Below are positions 24,111-38,252 of a DNA stretch of 64,000 bases, piece by piece. Origin of the DNA: the human T2T-CHM13v2.0 reference genome, Homo sapiens; NCBI RefSeq assembly GCF_009914755.1, contig NC_060927.1. The stretch is one strand, 5' to 3'. Made by a program: the position numbers and the translations under genes. The notes below the pieces were generated by a model. That model did not search any database and had not been told where the DNA came from. It worked only from the letters and a program-made list of their open reading frames with translations. Position 1 is the stretch's first letter; each line of letters opens with the position of its first letter.

Positions 24111-26819
24111 TAATAATATATTTAAATTTTTAAAGCCCTAATTTTACAGTAGAAGAAAATAAGTCCCAGGATTCTGTCTTACATTTGTGATTTCACATCT
24201 TTGTTTTACCTAATAAATCACTGCTGTTGTGTTCTTCCTAGGATGAATGCAAAAGTTTGGTAACATTTTTGACACTTGACTGTGGCAGTTGTCTGCTAGT
24301 CACCCTTCAACCTTGCCAGCAAATCCAATCAGCTTAAGAGCATTTTAATGTACCTATGCAAGTCCTCAGAATTTAAGATTTAGGAAAGAAAGCAGGTCTT
24401 GTGACCTTCATAAGTGGTATTGAATGGTTACTCTGGAAATGATAAAATTAGCTTACTTTAAGCTGCAATTTGATGGAAATGTTTTCCAATTTTAAATCAG
24501 ATACTCGACTAGCACTCGCAATGTGAGGAAGGTTATATGCTGTGCATTTCTAATGCAGTAGAAATGCAGTTGAGTCAAACAAAATAATTTGTCATCAGTA
24601 ATCAGGAAAAGGTTGCCCTAGATGTTTTAGATCCCAATTTTAATTTAACAAGAAAGCTTAAGTGTACAGTAGGAGAGAGTATATTTGACTCAGCTCTTTT
24701 TCCTTAGAAAAAAGTGCAATGTTTTACTTCATTCTGACCTTGAGTCAAAAGCTTTAGAAGTATGTGAAGAGTCTGATTCTGTGTGGATTGAGGGTAAAAG
24801 CTGAAATGAAAAAGAAGGAAGACTGCTTTTAACATAACCAGATGGTAATTTTTACTAGTTGGCAGTGTACTGAAAGCACATTTTCTGAACGGGAAGTATA
24901 CATTATAGACTGGCACAATGAAATGTGTAAAACCATTCCCAAAATAGACTTAAAATATTCTTTAGTTTTAAAGTTATGATAAACTTATGTGGTGTACGTT
25001 TCTCTTTAAGGTAAAGATAGTAACAGAGACTAACTGTACAGTCAGAAGTCCTGTTGAAATTAGAATTGATTTGATGGTATCTAACATTTGACGTTGTGTT
25101 CTAAAAAACTGAATTGTGCCCCTTACATTGCCAGTTTCAGGATAAATAATAAACTGTGTATAATAATTGAATATTGGTTGTTTCCTTGTTCTACTGAGAT
25201 CCTGACCAGTCTCAGTGACCCACATCCTAGATTTCCTAACTGAATTTTTGATATCAACTCCAGTCATCACAGGGTAGATATTTTGAAGTCTGCTAATTTA
25301 AATAGCTTATTTCATTCCTTTACACACATCAGTAGAGTTGGCATGACATCATCTGAAAACTATGAAAACTCACTTGTCAAAAGTCTGGAAAACACAGACA
25401 TTTAATTACTTATTAATAACTAGTTTCGTTTGTCTTATTTTTGGCAGGGCTAAGCTGATTAGACACAATCACTCTGCCCGATCCTTTGCTCACTAATTCG
25501 GTTTATCTTATGTGCTCTTTTAGAAATAATAGCAATCTTTAAACCTTTCTAGTAGGGAGATACCTAAATATTTCCATCTGGAAGTGACTGAAACATCATT
25601 ACAACACACCACTGCAACTGGAAGTTGGAACACTCCCACATTTTCATAAAGGCCACTGTAAAACTTTAGTATTACTCAACAGGTCCAATGTGTTATTCAA
25701 AGATGTATACTTAGAAGAATACAGTTCACTGTCAAGCAGCCACATATGTACTAATTAAAAACACACTGCTTTAAAGGAGTTATTAGACTAATTACTAAGT
25801 TGATTTGCCTTTCACTTTAGTTTTTGAAATAACCAGTATGGTAAGAGTAAAATGCCCGTGATGGTAGTTTATTTCCCTTGTTTTTTAACTGTAAAAAACA
25901 CAGAGTAATATTTATTCTTTGTTTGAGTTTTCAGAAGGAAGCTTGGAAAATGACTATAACACAGATTAGGATCTCTGGATAAACCAATAATTAGCATTTG
26001 ATAAAAAGAACTGAGAGCATTTGAATACTCAGTACTATGAGATAAGCATAAATATTTAAAATAAATTTGTAGCATAAATTTAAATTTTTATACTATAGTC
26101 ATTAACTGGAATGAACACAAATAGCCCAATAGGATAATAACAATACAAATTAAAAATAGCCAGTATTTTTCTGCATGCTATGTACATGCATACATCTATA
26201 AGTACATGTATTCGCACACTTAATTCTTGACAGAAATTTATGAGGAATGGAGAAGTTAACGCTACTGGTCAATCACACAACTGGTAAGTGATAGAAGACC
26301 TGAAAATCCAACCCAGAAAATCTGGCTTAGGGGTCTATTTCTGATCATTACATAATTCTGCCTTTCTTAGATAATTAGAAGAATTTGGTTTCAGTGTAAT
26401 AGTAGCATATTTTGTATAATGTACTGGTTTATTTTACAAGCATGATATACACTTGGAACATAAGGGTAATACTCTTATTTAAATGGGCATCAGTTCTACC
26501 AAAGCTTTCTAATCCCTATTAGTATCTGCATGTTTCCTTGGAGATCTTTATTCTAATCATATAAAATATACACACATATGTCATTTTTATTTAGATTTAT
26601 CTAAATGGAATAATGTTGCATATACTCTTCTAAAAATTGTTATTCTTCATGTAATAATGAATGCCCATCCTTATGCATTGTATCTTGACAGTAAATTCTA
26701 TCAAACTCTCACTGCTCCACCTAGCAAACTTTCCTACTCATTTTATTATCATGGTTCTCACCTGCTTCAGACTTTGGCCAATATCCGTAAGTGAAGACAG
26801 AGGTGGTAACTTTGCAAAA

Positions 26820-29800
26820 TAAAATACACTTAATGTGAAATTTATTATCTTAATTATTTTAAAGTAGACCATGCATCACTTAAAAGACAGTGATACATTC
26901 TGTCCATAGGTTACAAACCTGTAAAGCATGTTACTGTACTGAATATTATAGACAATTGTAAGACAGTGTTAAATATTTGTGTATCTAAACACAGAAAAGG
27001 CAATGCATTGATGCATTGTACTATGACATGATAGCTTCAATTTCACTAGGCAATAGGAATTTTTCAGCTGCATAACAATCTTATGGCAACAATGACCTGT
27101 AAGTGGTCTGTTGTTGACAGAAACATCATTATGTGGTTTATGGCTATGTATAGGTCAGTGATACTAAGTACATTTATATTGTGCAATAATCATCACCATC
27201 CATCTCCAGAGCTCTTTAGTCTTGTGAAACTGAAGCTGTCGACCCATTAATCAATATATATCTCTAGAAACTACCATTCTTTTCATCTGTGATTTTGACT
27301 ATTCTAAGAACCTCATATAAATGAAATCATACAGCTTTGTCTTTTGTTATTGGCTTATTTAATTTAGCATAATGACCTCAATTTCATCCTATTGTAGAAT
27401 ATGTCAGACTTGTATTCATTTTTAAGGCTGAATAATATTCTTTTATTTGTGTACACCACATTTTGCTTATCCATTAATCCATTGAGAGACACTTGGATTG
27501 CTTCCATTTTAGCTATTGTGAATAATATTGCTGTGAACGTGTGTACAAATATATCTTCAAGACCTTGCTTTAAATTCTCTTGGGTATATACCTGGATTGG
27601 GGTGCTGGATTATATGTACTTATATTTTTAATCTTTTAAAGAACTGACGTACTGCTTTCTACAGTGGCTGTATCATTTTACGTCCTCACCAACAGTGCAC
27701 AAGTGTTACAGTTTCCCACATTCTTGCCAACAATTGTTATTTTCTGTTTTTTTTTAATAGTAACTATCATCATGTGTACGAGGTGTTATGTTCTTGTAGT
27801 TTTGATTTGCATTTCTCTAATGATTCATTATGTTGAGGCTCCTTTTATGTACTTATTGACCATTTCTATTAATTCTTTGGAGAAATGTCTTTGGAGAAAA
27901 GTTCTTTGCCCATTTTTGAATCAGGCTATTTGTTTTATTTTGTTGATGAGTTTTAAAAATTCCCTATCTATTCTGGATCTCAGTCCCTTGTCAAACATCA
28001 TTTGCAAATTTTTTTTTCATTCTCTGGGTTGCCGTTTTATTCTGATGATAGTATTTTTTGGCAGTTTTTTAAAAAAAGTTTATCAAGTACAATTTTTAAT
28101 TTTTTTCTCTTGTTGCCTGTGCCTTTGATGTCACATCTCAGAAATCATTGCCAACTCTAATGTTGTGAAGCTTTTGTTCTATTATTTCTTCTCAGAGTTT
28201 TATAGTATTTTTTGTATTACATTTAGGTCTTTGATTAATTTTGAGTCAATTTTTCTGCATAGTGTTATACGAGGGTCCAACTTCATTATTTTATATGTGA
28301 TTCTTCTGTTGTTTCACCACCATCCCACCATCTTTTTTTATTTTTATTTTTTTTTAAGATTGTTCTTTCCCACATTCAATGGTCTTGGACCCATGGTCAA
28401 AAATCATTTCACCATACATGTGAAGATTCATTTCTGGGATCTCAATTTTACTTCATTGGCCTATAAGTCTGTCTTTATGCCTGTGGCACCCTGTTTTGAT
28501 TACTGAAGGTTTGTAATAAATTTTGAAACCAGGGAGTGTGAGTTCTGCAGCTTTGTTCTTTTTCAAGATTGTTTTGGCTATTTGGTGTCCCTTGATTTTT
28601 CATATACATTTTAGAATAGATTATTTCTTTCTATAAAAATTGTTGAAGTTTTGAAAGGCATAGTATTTAATGTTAAGATTGCTTTGGGTAGTATTAACAT
28701 CTTAAAAATATTAAGTCTTCCAACACATGGACATGGAATATCTTTCCGTTTATTAATGTCTTCCATAGTTTTCATTTTACAAGTCTTTCATATCCCTGGC
28801 TAAGTTAATTACTAAGTATTTCATTCTTTTTGATGCTATAATCAATGGAATTATTTTGTTAATTTTCTTTTCTGATTGTTCATTGTTAGTAAGTAAAAAT
28901 GAAACTAATGTTTACGTGTTGCTTTTGTATCCTACTGCTTTCCTAACTTTGTTTATTAGTTTTAACTATGTGTGTGTGCGTGTGTGTGTGATCTTTAGAG
29001 TTTTCTACCTAAAGTATTACGCTGTGTACAAACAGAGATAATTGTACTTCTTCCTTTCCAGTTTGGATGCCTCTTATGTCTTTTCCTTGCCTGATTTCAC
29101 TGGTTAGGACTTTCAGTATTTTGTTGAATACAAGTAGCAATGTATGCCTCATTGTCTTGTTCCTGATCTTAGAGGTAAAACTTTCAGTCTTTTAACAGTG
29201 AGTGTGATGTTGGCTACTGAATATTTATATATGGATTTTATTATGTTAAGGTAGTTTTCTTCAGTTCCTAGTTTGTTGAGTGTTTTTGATATGAAAGATG
29301 TTGAATTTTACCAAATGCATAATTGAGACAAGTATGCTTATTTTTTCCCTTGTGTTAATATGGGGTATTACATTGATCAATTTTCGTGTGTTGGACCATG
29401 CTTAGATTCCAGGAATAAATCCCACTTGGTCATTCTAATATGCTGCTGAATTTGGTTTGCTAGTATTTTGTGGAGGATTTTTGCGTTGATGTTCATAACA
29501 GATATTGGTCTGTTGTGTTTTCTTGTTTTTTTTGTTTTTTGCAATGTCTTTGTCTGGTTTTGGTAGTAGGGTAATGCTGGCCTCATATGAAGTATTCCTC
29601 CTCTTTAACTTTTTGGAAATGTTTATGAAGGACTGGCGTTATTATAGTTCTTCTTTAAATGTTTAGTATAATTCAGCAGTGAAGCTGTCAGGTCCAGGGA
29701 TTTTCTTTGTTGCTAGATTTTTTATTACAGATCCATAATCCTAACTAATTATAGATCTATTCAGATTTTCTATTTTTTCATGATTTAGTCTTCGTATGTT

Positions 29801-30410
29801 GCATATTTCTAGGAATTTGTCGATTTCATCTGGTTCATTCAACTTTTGACATATAATTGTTCATAGTACTCTTATAATACTTTTTATTTATGCAGAGTAA
29901 GTAATAATGTTCTCACTTTCATTTGTGATTTTGGTGATTTGAGCCTTCATTCTTTTTAAGTCAATCTAGCTAAAGGTTTTTCACATTGATTTTTTTTGAA
30001 GAATCAACTTTTGGTTTCATTGATTTTTCTCTACTTTTTAAATTCTCTACATCTGCTGCCTTTGGGTTTTCTTTGTTCTTCTTTTTCTAGTTCCGTAAGT
30101 TGTACAAATGGGTTCTTGATTTAAGATCTGCATTCTGTTTAAATGGAAGCTTTTATAACTATAACTTTTCTCCTTAGCACTTATTTTACTATGTCCCATA
30201 ATTTTTGTTTTGTTTTTGTTTTTATTCATCTCCAAGTATTTTCTAATTTCCTTTTGTGATTTCTGTAATGATCCATTAGTTGTTTAGAGAGTGTTTTTAA
30301 TTTTCAAAAACTGAAATTTTCAAGTTCTCCCTCTGTTACTGATTTTTAACTTCATCCTGTGGTTGCTGGAGAATATATTTTGTATGATGTTTATATATTA
30401 AAATCTGATG
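26820..30410 (-). mobile_element. L1MB-like element, 3' UTR and ORF2 part, interrupted by a Tigger element
   Basis: catcaccatccatctccagagctc 3' UTR. ORF 29377-29586(-) [25 protein letters not shown] matches the L1 reverse transcriptase. Many frame disruptions. Confidence 0.9.
26865..27148. mobile_element. Tigger3/MER47-group non-autonomous DNA transposon nested in L1MB
   Basis: catgcatcacttaa...gatacattctg, acaaacctgta-agcatgttactgtactgaata, and gttgacagaaacatcattatg termini. L1 sequence resumes on both sides. Confidence 0.8.
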
Positions 30411-30640
30411 ATATATAATTTGTTATGTCAGTTCTATTTTAACTTAAATATTATGAAAATTATTACTATTAATATAAGTTTAAAATCTTTTATTGAATTT
30501 TTTATAAATCAAATGTGTAAGACTGATTTTTCTTGGATTTGTTTTATAAAGATACTTCACATTAATATATATGTTAGTTTTAAAAATGTGTTTTTGCTAC
30601 TCTTTATATTTCCATGAAGTATTGCATTATTAAATATTTA

Positions 30641-30951
30641 TTTTGTTGTTGTTGTTTTGTTTGTTTGTTTTTGAGATGGAGTCTTGCTCTGTTGACCAGG
30701 CTGGAGTGCAATGGTGTGATCTGGCTCACTGCAACCTCCACCTCCCAGGTTCAAGCAATTCTCCTGCCTCAGCCTCCCAAGTAGCTGGGACTACAGGAGT
30801 GCACTACCATGACTGGCTAATTTTTGTACATTTACTAGAGACGAAGTTTCACCGTGTTGGCCAGGCTGGTCTCGAACTCCTGACCTCATGATCCACCTGC
30901 CTCAGCCTCCCAAAGTGCTGGGATTACAGGCATGAGCCACTGCGCCAGGCC
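30641..30951 (-). mobile_element. AluS (Sg-like)
   Basis: Full antisense Alu with a (ttg)n/(tttg)n tail and ctcgaactcctgacctcatgatcc. Flanked on both sides by aaatatt. Confidence 0.9.
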
Positions 30952-31517
30952 AAATATTCTTAAAGGGGCTCTATGTTTTAGGAGCATTTAAAATTGGTTA
31001 ACCCAACAAAGTGATCTTGCTTCTCAAACACAGCTCAAAAATGACTGTTTTCCAATAATACCTGTTGGATATTAAACTATTTTATAATTTACAACAAGAA
31101 AAAATAGAAGTAAATAACTTCTTAGGAGTTGCAGGTTTTGAAAGAACATGTTAAAGATAAGTATGAAGATTACCAAAAAAAGATTTGTTTCACACGTTTG
31201 TCTGTTCTCACTTCAGCTTTGCTGGAACCGTGTTAATATAAGAATGATGTCAATACAAAATAAAATTTGAAGCTGACCTGCAAAACTCATAGAGATATAA
31301 GAGGGGCTGCAGATAGAGAAACAGATGAACTGATGAGAAGTTGTAGAAGTATGTGCTAAGGATGCGTAACACACATTCTGTGATTGGTGGCGGTTTTGCA
31401 TGTCAGCAATTGCAGGCCCATTTTTGGCGATGTTTCTGCCACACTGTTACTGATCACAGCTAGGAATTTCCTTTTAATTGGCATGTGTGTTTTTTTTCCT
31501 TCAAATTAATAATTGAT

Positions 31518-31775
31518 TTCTCAAGGTATAAAAAATATCTCAACTGTATTGCATAATTTCTAAACTGTAACTTTTCTAAAAACCATTGTTAAAATCCTTT
31601 TAAAAATTAAATAAGCTTATACAGTATGTTTCTAGAAACATACTTAACATTCTCAAGCCATAAAATATATCTCAATTGTATTTATTACAGAATTACTAAA
31701 CTTTAACTTTTCTGAAAACTATAATTAAAATCCTTTTAAAAATTAAACAAGCTTATAAAGTATGTTTTTAATACT
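31518..31775. repeat. diverged 132-bp tandem duplication
   Basis: ttctcaag...tatctcaa...ttaaaatccttttaaaaattaaa(t/c)aagcttata...gtatgttt at 31518 and 31650. Confidence 0.85.
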
Positions 31776-32294
31776 TTGGTTTATCCCTTGATCACATAAT
31801 TTCCTGAAAACTCCACTTAAGGGCTAACAGAATCATAGAGGTTAGACTTCATAGGGGAAAGAATTTGTTTTAGGTCACCCTGTCTTTGAGTTTTGTCCAC
31901 ACATTTGTTGGGGACTGGCTCTGGAACAGTAAAGGGGAAACTTAGGGATGACTAGGCTTTTGTGAAAGACATTTATAGAGTTGGCCTCTAAAAGTGGCTT
32001 AGTTGTTACTCCAGGATAGATTGAGGTGGAGTGCATTAATGCTCAATTTAATTTTGCCTAGGGTTCAATAACAAAATGGTGATTTTTTTCTAATAAATTA
32101 CTGAAAGATAGACTAACCTTTTGTAGTCCATTGCTAAAATGGAAATAAGTAATTTAATTTTGAGCTTAAAGAATAACACTCAGCTAGAATTACCGCCATT
32201 GGAAGGTAAGGTAAGAGTTGTATTTATGCTTTAAACTAAAAATAAAATATACATTCATGTTTTTGTTCTTTGTCTAGTCCTTGTCTTTTTCATG

Positions 32295-32763
32295 AAATAT
32301 TTAATTTTTTGTGTTAACTTTGTTGACCTAAGGAATACCCAGGGAGCTGCTAAGACATTATTTATGAGTGTGTCTGTGAGGGTCTTTCCATAAGAGATTA
32401 GTACTTGAATCAGTAAACTGAGTGAAGAAGATCTGCCCTCATAAATGTGAATGGGCATCTTCTAATCCACTGAGGTCCTAAATAGAACAAAAAGGTAGAC
32501 TAAGTGTGAATTTGCTCTAACTGGGACATTCATCCATGATGACTTTAAACATTGTCACTCCTGGTTCTTTGACCTTCAAACTGAGCCTGAATTATAGTAC
32601 CTGCTTTCCTGGTTCCTAGCTTTCAGACATCAGATGGTGGGACTGGTTGGTCTCCCTAGCCTTCTGAGCCAAGTCCCATAATAAATCTCTCTATCTATGT
32701 GTGTATGTATGTATGTATCCATTTATTATTGGTAAATTTCTGTAAAGAATCCTGACTAGTACA
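32295..32763 (+). mobile_element. MLT2 (ERVL) solo LTR
   Basis: gtgtgtctgtgaggg...gagattag...tgaatcagtaaactgagtgaagaagatctgccctc, AATAAA followed by a (TATG)n tract, ends cctgactagtaca. Confidence 0.85.
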
Positions 32764-32798
32764 GTGATTATAATAAGGAAAAGATACAAGATGACAGT

Positions 32799-35082
32799 TG
32801 ATATGGTTTGGGTGTGTCCCCACCCAAATCTCATCTTGAATTGTAACTCCTACAATTCTTATGTGTTGTGGGAGGAATCCAGTGAGAGGTAATTGAATTA
32901 TGGGGTCAGGGCTTTCCCACACTGTTCTTGTGATAGTGAATAAGTCTCACAAGATCTGATGGTTATAAATCATGAGTTCCCCACACAAGCTCTCTCTTTG
33001 CCTGTTGCCATCCATGTAAGAAGTGATCTTCTCCTCCTTGCCTTCCACCATGACTGTGAGGCCTCCCCAGGCATGTGGAACAGTAAGTCCATTAAAAGTT
33101 TTTTTCTTCCCAGTCTCAGGTATGTCTTTATGAGCAGCATGAAAGCAAACTAATACAGTAAATTGGTACCAGTAGAGTGGAGTGTTGCTGAAAAGATACC
33201 CCAAAATGTGGAATCAACTTTGGAATTCAGTAACAAGCAGAGGTTGGAACAGTTGGGAGGGCTCAAAAGTCAGGACAATGTGGGAAAATTTGGAACTCCC
33301 TAGAGACGTGTTGAATGGCTTTGACTAAAATGCTGATAATGATACAGACAATAATATCCAGGTGGGGGAGATCTCAGATGGAGATGAGGAACTAGACTCG
33401 TTCAGAAAAGGGTTACTCTTGTTATGCTTTAGCAAAGAGACTGGTGACATTTTGCCCCTGCCCTAGAGATTTGTGGAACTTTGAACTTCAGAGAAATGAT
33501 TTAGAGTATCTGGTGGAAGAAATTTCTAAGCAGCAAAGCATTCAAGAAGTGACATGTGCTGTAAAAGGAAGTCAGTTTTAAAAGAGACACAGAGCATAAA
33601 AGTTTGGAAAATTTGCAGCCTGTGAATGAGATAGAAAAGAAAATCCCATTTTCTGAGGAGAAATTCAAGCCAGCTGCAGAAATTTGCATAAGAAACCAGG
33701 AGCTGAATGTTAATCACCAAGACAATGGGGAAAATGTCTCTAGGGCATATGAAAGGTCTTTGTGGTAGCCCTTCCCATCACAGGCCCAGAGGTTTAGGAG
33801 AAAAAAATGGTTTCATGGGTGGAGCTCAGGATCCCTCTCCTGTGTGCAGTCTAGGGACTTTGTGCCCTGTATCTCAGTCACACCAGCCATGACTAACAGA
33901 GGCCAAGCTCAGCCCATTGCTCCCGAGGGTGGAGCCCCCAAGCCTTGGCATCTCCCACATGGTGTTGAGCCTGCGGGTGCACAAAAGTCAAGAGTTGAGG
34001 TGGGGGAACCTCCTTCTAGATTTCAGAGGATGTATGGAACCATCTGTATGCCCAGGCAGAAGTTTGCTGCATGGGTGGGGCCCTCAGGGAGAACCTCTGC
34101 TAGGAAAGTGCAGAAGGGAAATGTGGAGTTGGAGCCCCCACAGAGAGTCCCTACTGGGACAACACCTAGTGGAGCTGTGAGAAGAGGGCCACTGTCCTCC
34201 AGAACTCAGAATGGTAGATCCACTGAAAGCTTGCACCATGCACCTGGAAAAGCCACAGGCACTCAATGCCAGCCTGTGAATGCAGCCAGATGATGGGCTA
34301 AACCCTGCAAAGCCACAGGGGCAGAGCTGCCCAAGACCATGCTAATCCACCTCTTCCATCAGCATGACATGGATGGGAGACATGAAGTCAAAGGAGATCA
34401 TTTTGGAGCTTTAAGTTTTAACTGCCCTGCTGGATTTTGGACTTGCATGGGGCCTTTAGCCCCCTTGTTTTGGCCAGTTTCTCCCATTTGAAACAGCTGT
34501 ATTTACACAATACCTGTACCCCATTGTATCTAGGAAGTAACTAGCTTGATTTTGATTTTACAACCTCATAGGAAAAAGTGACCTGCCTTGTCTCAGATGA
34601 AACTTTGGACTGTGGACTTTTGGGTTATTGCTGAAATGACTTAAGACTTTGGGGGACTGTTGGGAAGGCATGATGGGTTTTGAAATGTGAGGACATGAGA
34701 TTTGGGAGGGTCCAGGGGCCGAATTATATAGTTTGGCTGTGATTCCACCCAAATCTCATCTGAAGTTGGAACTTTCCTATGTGTTGTGGGAGGGACCCAG
34801 TGGGAAGTAATTGAATCATGGGGGTGGATCTTTCTTGTGCTGTTCTCATAATAGTGAATAAGTCTCATGAGATCTGATGGTTTTAAAAAGAAGAATTCCC
34901 CTGCACAAGCCCTCTCTCTCTTTGTGCCTGCTACCATGCATGTAAGATTTGACTTACCCTGCTTTCCTTCTGCCATGAATGTGAGGCCTCCCCAGCCATG
35001 TGTACCTGTAAGTCCATTAAACCTCTTTTTCTTCCCAGTCTCAGGTATGTCTTTATTAGAAGCAAGAAAATGGACTAACACA
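32799..35082 (+). mobile_element. full-length THE1 (THE1C-like) MaLR provirus: 5' LTR 32799-33157, internal 33158-34723, 3' LTR 34724-35082
   Basis: LTRs run tgatatggtttgg...ctaataca. The internal part starts gtaaattggtaccag. Purine tract before the 3' LTR. 5-bp TSD acagt/gcagt. Confidence 0.93.
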
Positions 35083-35531
35083 GCAGTTAATTGATTTCTA
35101 GGACTAGTCCCTTAACTATCTAAGTCCCTTTCAGTTTTTTTAATTCGCAATTTTAGGTGGAAACTGTACCAGCTTGCTTGCTAACTATACCTTTTCGCTT
35201 CCTGTAGAGTTTCTTGTCATTAAGCAGTGATGGTAGGCAGAGAAGGTGTGGCAATGCAGATTTCTGACCTCTTGACTTAATACATTGAAGCACCTCATGA
35301 CAATGAGAAGAAATGACTGGTGGTCATGGTATCCAAAAACATACAGGCTTCCAGAGGCCTGTTGATTTACCAGCTATTCTCTTTCTCATATGTTCTTGCT
35401 CTTGTTCTCAAACTACTCCCAGACCCAACCCCTCCACCAAAGTTACATTAGGAGCGTGTATGCTGTTTTGTTTATCAATACTATTTACTTTATTTACAGG
35501 TTGCTTTTTTCATTCTATTCCTTTTAAAGCA

Positions 35532-35680
35532 CAGGGCCAGCTGTGGGAGTATCTAGAGCCCTTTTAAAAAATATTAAGAGTATAAAGAAAGGGACAGCCA
35601 AGCACAAAACCAATGCAGGAACCTTCCAAGTATAGGGCTCTGTGGGACTGTACAGGTTACATGTTCATAAAGGTGATCCA
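35532..35680 (-). mobile_element. MER45A-like hAT element
   Basis: The reverse complement catgtaacctgtacagtcccacagagcccta..cttggaagg resembles MER45A. Terminus cagggccagct. Confidence 0.55.
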
Positions 35681-35859
35681 ATTAACTTTAGGGGGTCCAC
35701 ACCAAATTTAATCTGGAGTTTCATCAGAGCAGCTTTTTCCTGAGATGGGCTTTTTGCTTCATTTATTCAGACTCCACCTTTGAAGGTGCCTTATTTCATT
35801 CTTGTAATTTCAAAATTGTCATCACCCTGCAGACTTTTTCAACACTTAAACAAAAAAAT

Positions 35860-38071
35860 TGATACGGTTTGGCTGTGGCGCCATCCAAATGTCAACTTGT
35901 ATTTTAATTCCCAGAATCCCATGTCATGGGAGGGACCCAGTGGGAGGTAACTGAATCAGGAGGGTGGTTTTCCACCATGCTGTTCTCATGATAATGAGTG
36001 AGTTCTCACAAGTTCTGACGGTTTTATAAGCATTTGGCATTTCCCCTGCTGGCACTCATTTTCTCTCTTCACCCTTTGAAGAAGTGGCTTCCACCATGAT
36101 TGTAAGTTTCCTGAGGCTTCCTCAGCCATGTATAGTTAATGAAATATCTTTTCTTTACAAATTATCCAGTGTCAGGTATTTCCTTATAGCAATGTAAAAA
36201 TGGACTAATACAGTAAATTGGCACCAGGAGTCACGTACTGCTATAAGGATACCTGAAAATGTGGAAGCAGCTTTGGAACTGAGTAATAGGCAGAAGTTAG
36301 TACAGTTTGGAGTGCTCAGAAGACAGGAAGATATGAGATAGCTTGGAACTTCCTAGAGACTTGTTGAATGGCTTTGTCCAAAATGTTGATAGCAATATGG
36401 ACAATGAAGTCTAGGCTGAGGTGCTATCAGATGGAGATGAGAAACTTGTTGGGAAATGGAAAGTTTTAGCAAAGAGACTGGCGGCATTTTGCCCCTGCCC
36501 TAGAGATCTATGGAACTTTGAACTAGAGAGAGATGATTTCAGATATCTGGCAGAAGAAATTTCTAAGCATTCAAGAGGTGACAGAGCATAAAAGTTTGGA
36601 AAATTTGCAGCCTGACAATGTGATAGACAAGAAAAACATTTTCTGGGGAGAAATTAAAGCCTGCTGCAGAAATTTGCATAAGTAATGAGGAGCTAAATGC
36701 TAATCATCAAGACAGTAGGGAAAATGTCTCCAGGGTGTGTCAGAGGTCTTCACAGCAGCCCTTCCCATCACAGGCCTGGAAGTCTAGAAGGAAAAAATGG
36801 TTTCCAGGACCAGGTCCAGGACCTTGCTGCCGTGTACAGTCTCAGGGCTTGGTGCTCTGCATCCCAGCTGTAGCTAAAATGGGCCAATATAAAGCTCAGG
36901 CCATTGCTTCAGAGGGTGCAAGCCCCAGGCCTTTGCAACTTAAGGGTGATGTGGGGCCCATTGGTATACAAAAGTTAAAAAACTGAGGTTTGGGAACCTC
37001 AGCCTAGATTTCAGAAAATGTATGGGAACACCAGAATGTCTAGGCAGAAGTCTGCTTGCAGGGGTGGAGCTCTCATGGAGAACTTCTGCTAGGGAAGTGC
37101 AGAAGGGAAACATGGGGTTGGAGCTCCCACAGAGAGTCCCTACTGGTGCACTGCCTAGTGGAGCTGTGAGAAGAGGTCTACAGTCCTCCAGACCCCAGAA
37201 TGGTAGATCCACCGATAGCTTGCACTGTGCACCAGGGAAAGCTGCAGACACTGAAAGCCAGCCCACGAAAGCAGTTGGGAGAGGGGTTGTACCCTGAAAA
37301 GCCTCATGGGCAGAGTTGCCAAGGCTGTGGAAGCCCACTTCTTGCATCAGTGTGTCCTGGAGGTGAGACTTGGAGTTGAAGGAGATTATTCTGGAGCTTT
37401 AAGATTTAATTACTACCTCACTGGATTTTGGACTTGCATGGGCCTGTATCCCTTTTGTTTTGGCCAATTTCTCCCTTTTGGAATGGGTGCATTTACCCAA
37501 TGCTTATACCCACTTTGTATCATGGGAGCAACTAACTTGATTTGATGTTACAAGCTCCTAGGTGGAAGGGAACTGCCTTGTCTCAGGTAAGACTTTGGAC
37601 TTGGACTTCTGGGTTAATTCTGGAATGAGGTAAGACTTCAGGGGACTGTTGAGAAGGCATGGTTTGTTTTGAAATGTGAGGACATCAGATTTTGGAGAAG
37701 ACAGGGGCAGAATGATATGGTTTGTCTGCCCACCTAAATCTCATCTTGAATTTTAATTCCTATAATCTCTACATGTCATGGGAGGGACCTAGTGGGAGAC
37801 AATTGAATCATGTGGGAGGTTTCCCTCATGCTGTTCTCATGACAGTGAGTGAGTTCTGATGAGCTCTCATGGTTTCATAAGCGTCTGGCGTTTCCCCTCC
37901 TGGCACTCATTCTCTCTCCTGCTGCCCTGTGAAGAGGTGACTTCCTCCATGATTGTAAGATTCCTGTGGCCTCCCCAGCCATGTGGAACTGTGAGTCAAT
38001 TAAACCTCTTTCATTTATAAATTGCCCAGGCTTGGATAGTTCCTTATAGCAATGTGAGAATTAACTAATAA
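35860..38071 (+). mobile_element. full-length THE1D/MSTA-like MaLR provirus: 5' LTR 35860-36212, internal 36213-37712, 3' LTR 37713-38071
   Basis: Two homologous LTRs sharing ggc(a/g)tttcccct(g/c)ctggcactcatt. The internal region is collinear with the upstream THE1 internal region. Purine tract precedes 37713. Confidence 0.92.
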
Positions 38072-38252
38072 TAGACCTTAGTGACTAAGACATCCTCATA
38101 CATCCATTAATTTAGGACTTTCCTTATCTACATCATAAGATGCATAAGATTCAAAAGTATTTGTAATTACTTGATTATAACTTTATTCTCTGATAGTATA
38201 CACTGTACAAATATTTCTTAATAATTTACCTTTTCCTCCTAAAGTAATGAAT

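Noticed and set aside
27401-30235. Several 60-154 aa ORFs
   Set aside because: They are antisense or frameshifted pieces of L1 ORF2.
33707-37545. Cluster of GC-richer ORFs up to 149 aa
   Set aside because: They lie in THE1 internal sequence and are fragmented remnants. The two elements give homologous broken frames.
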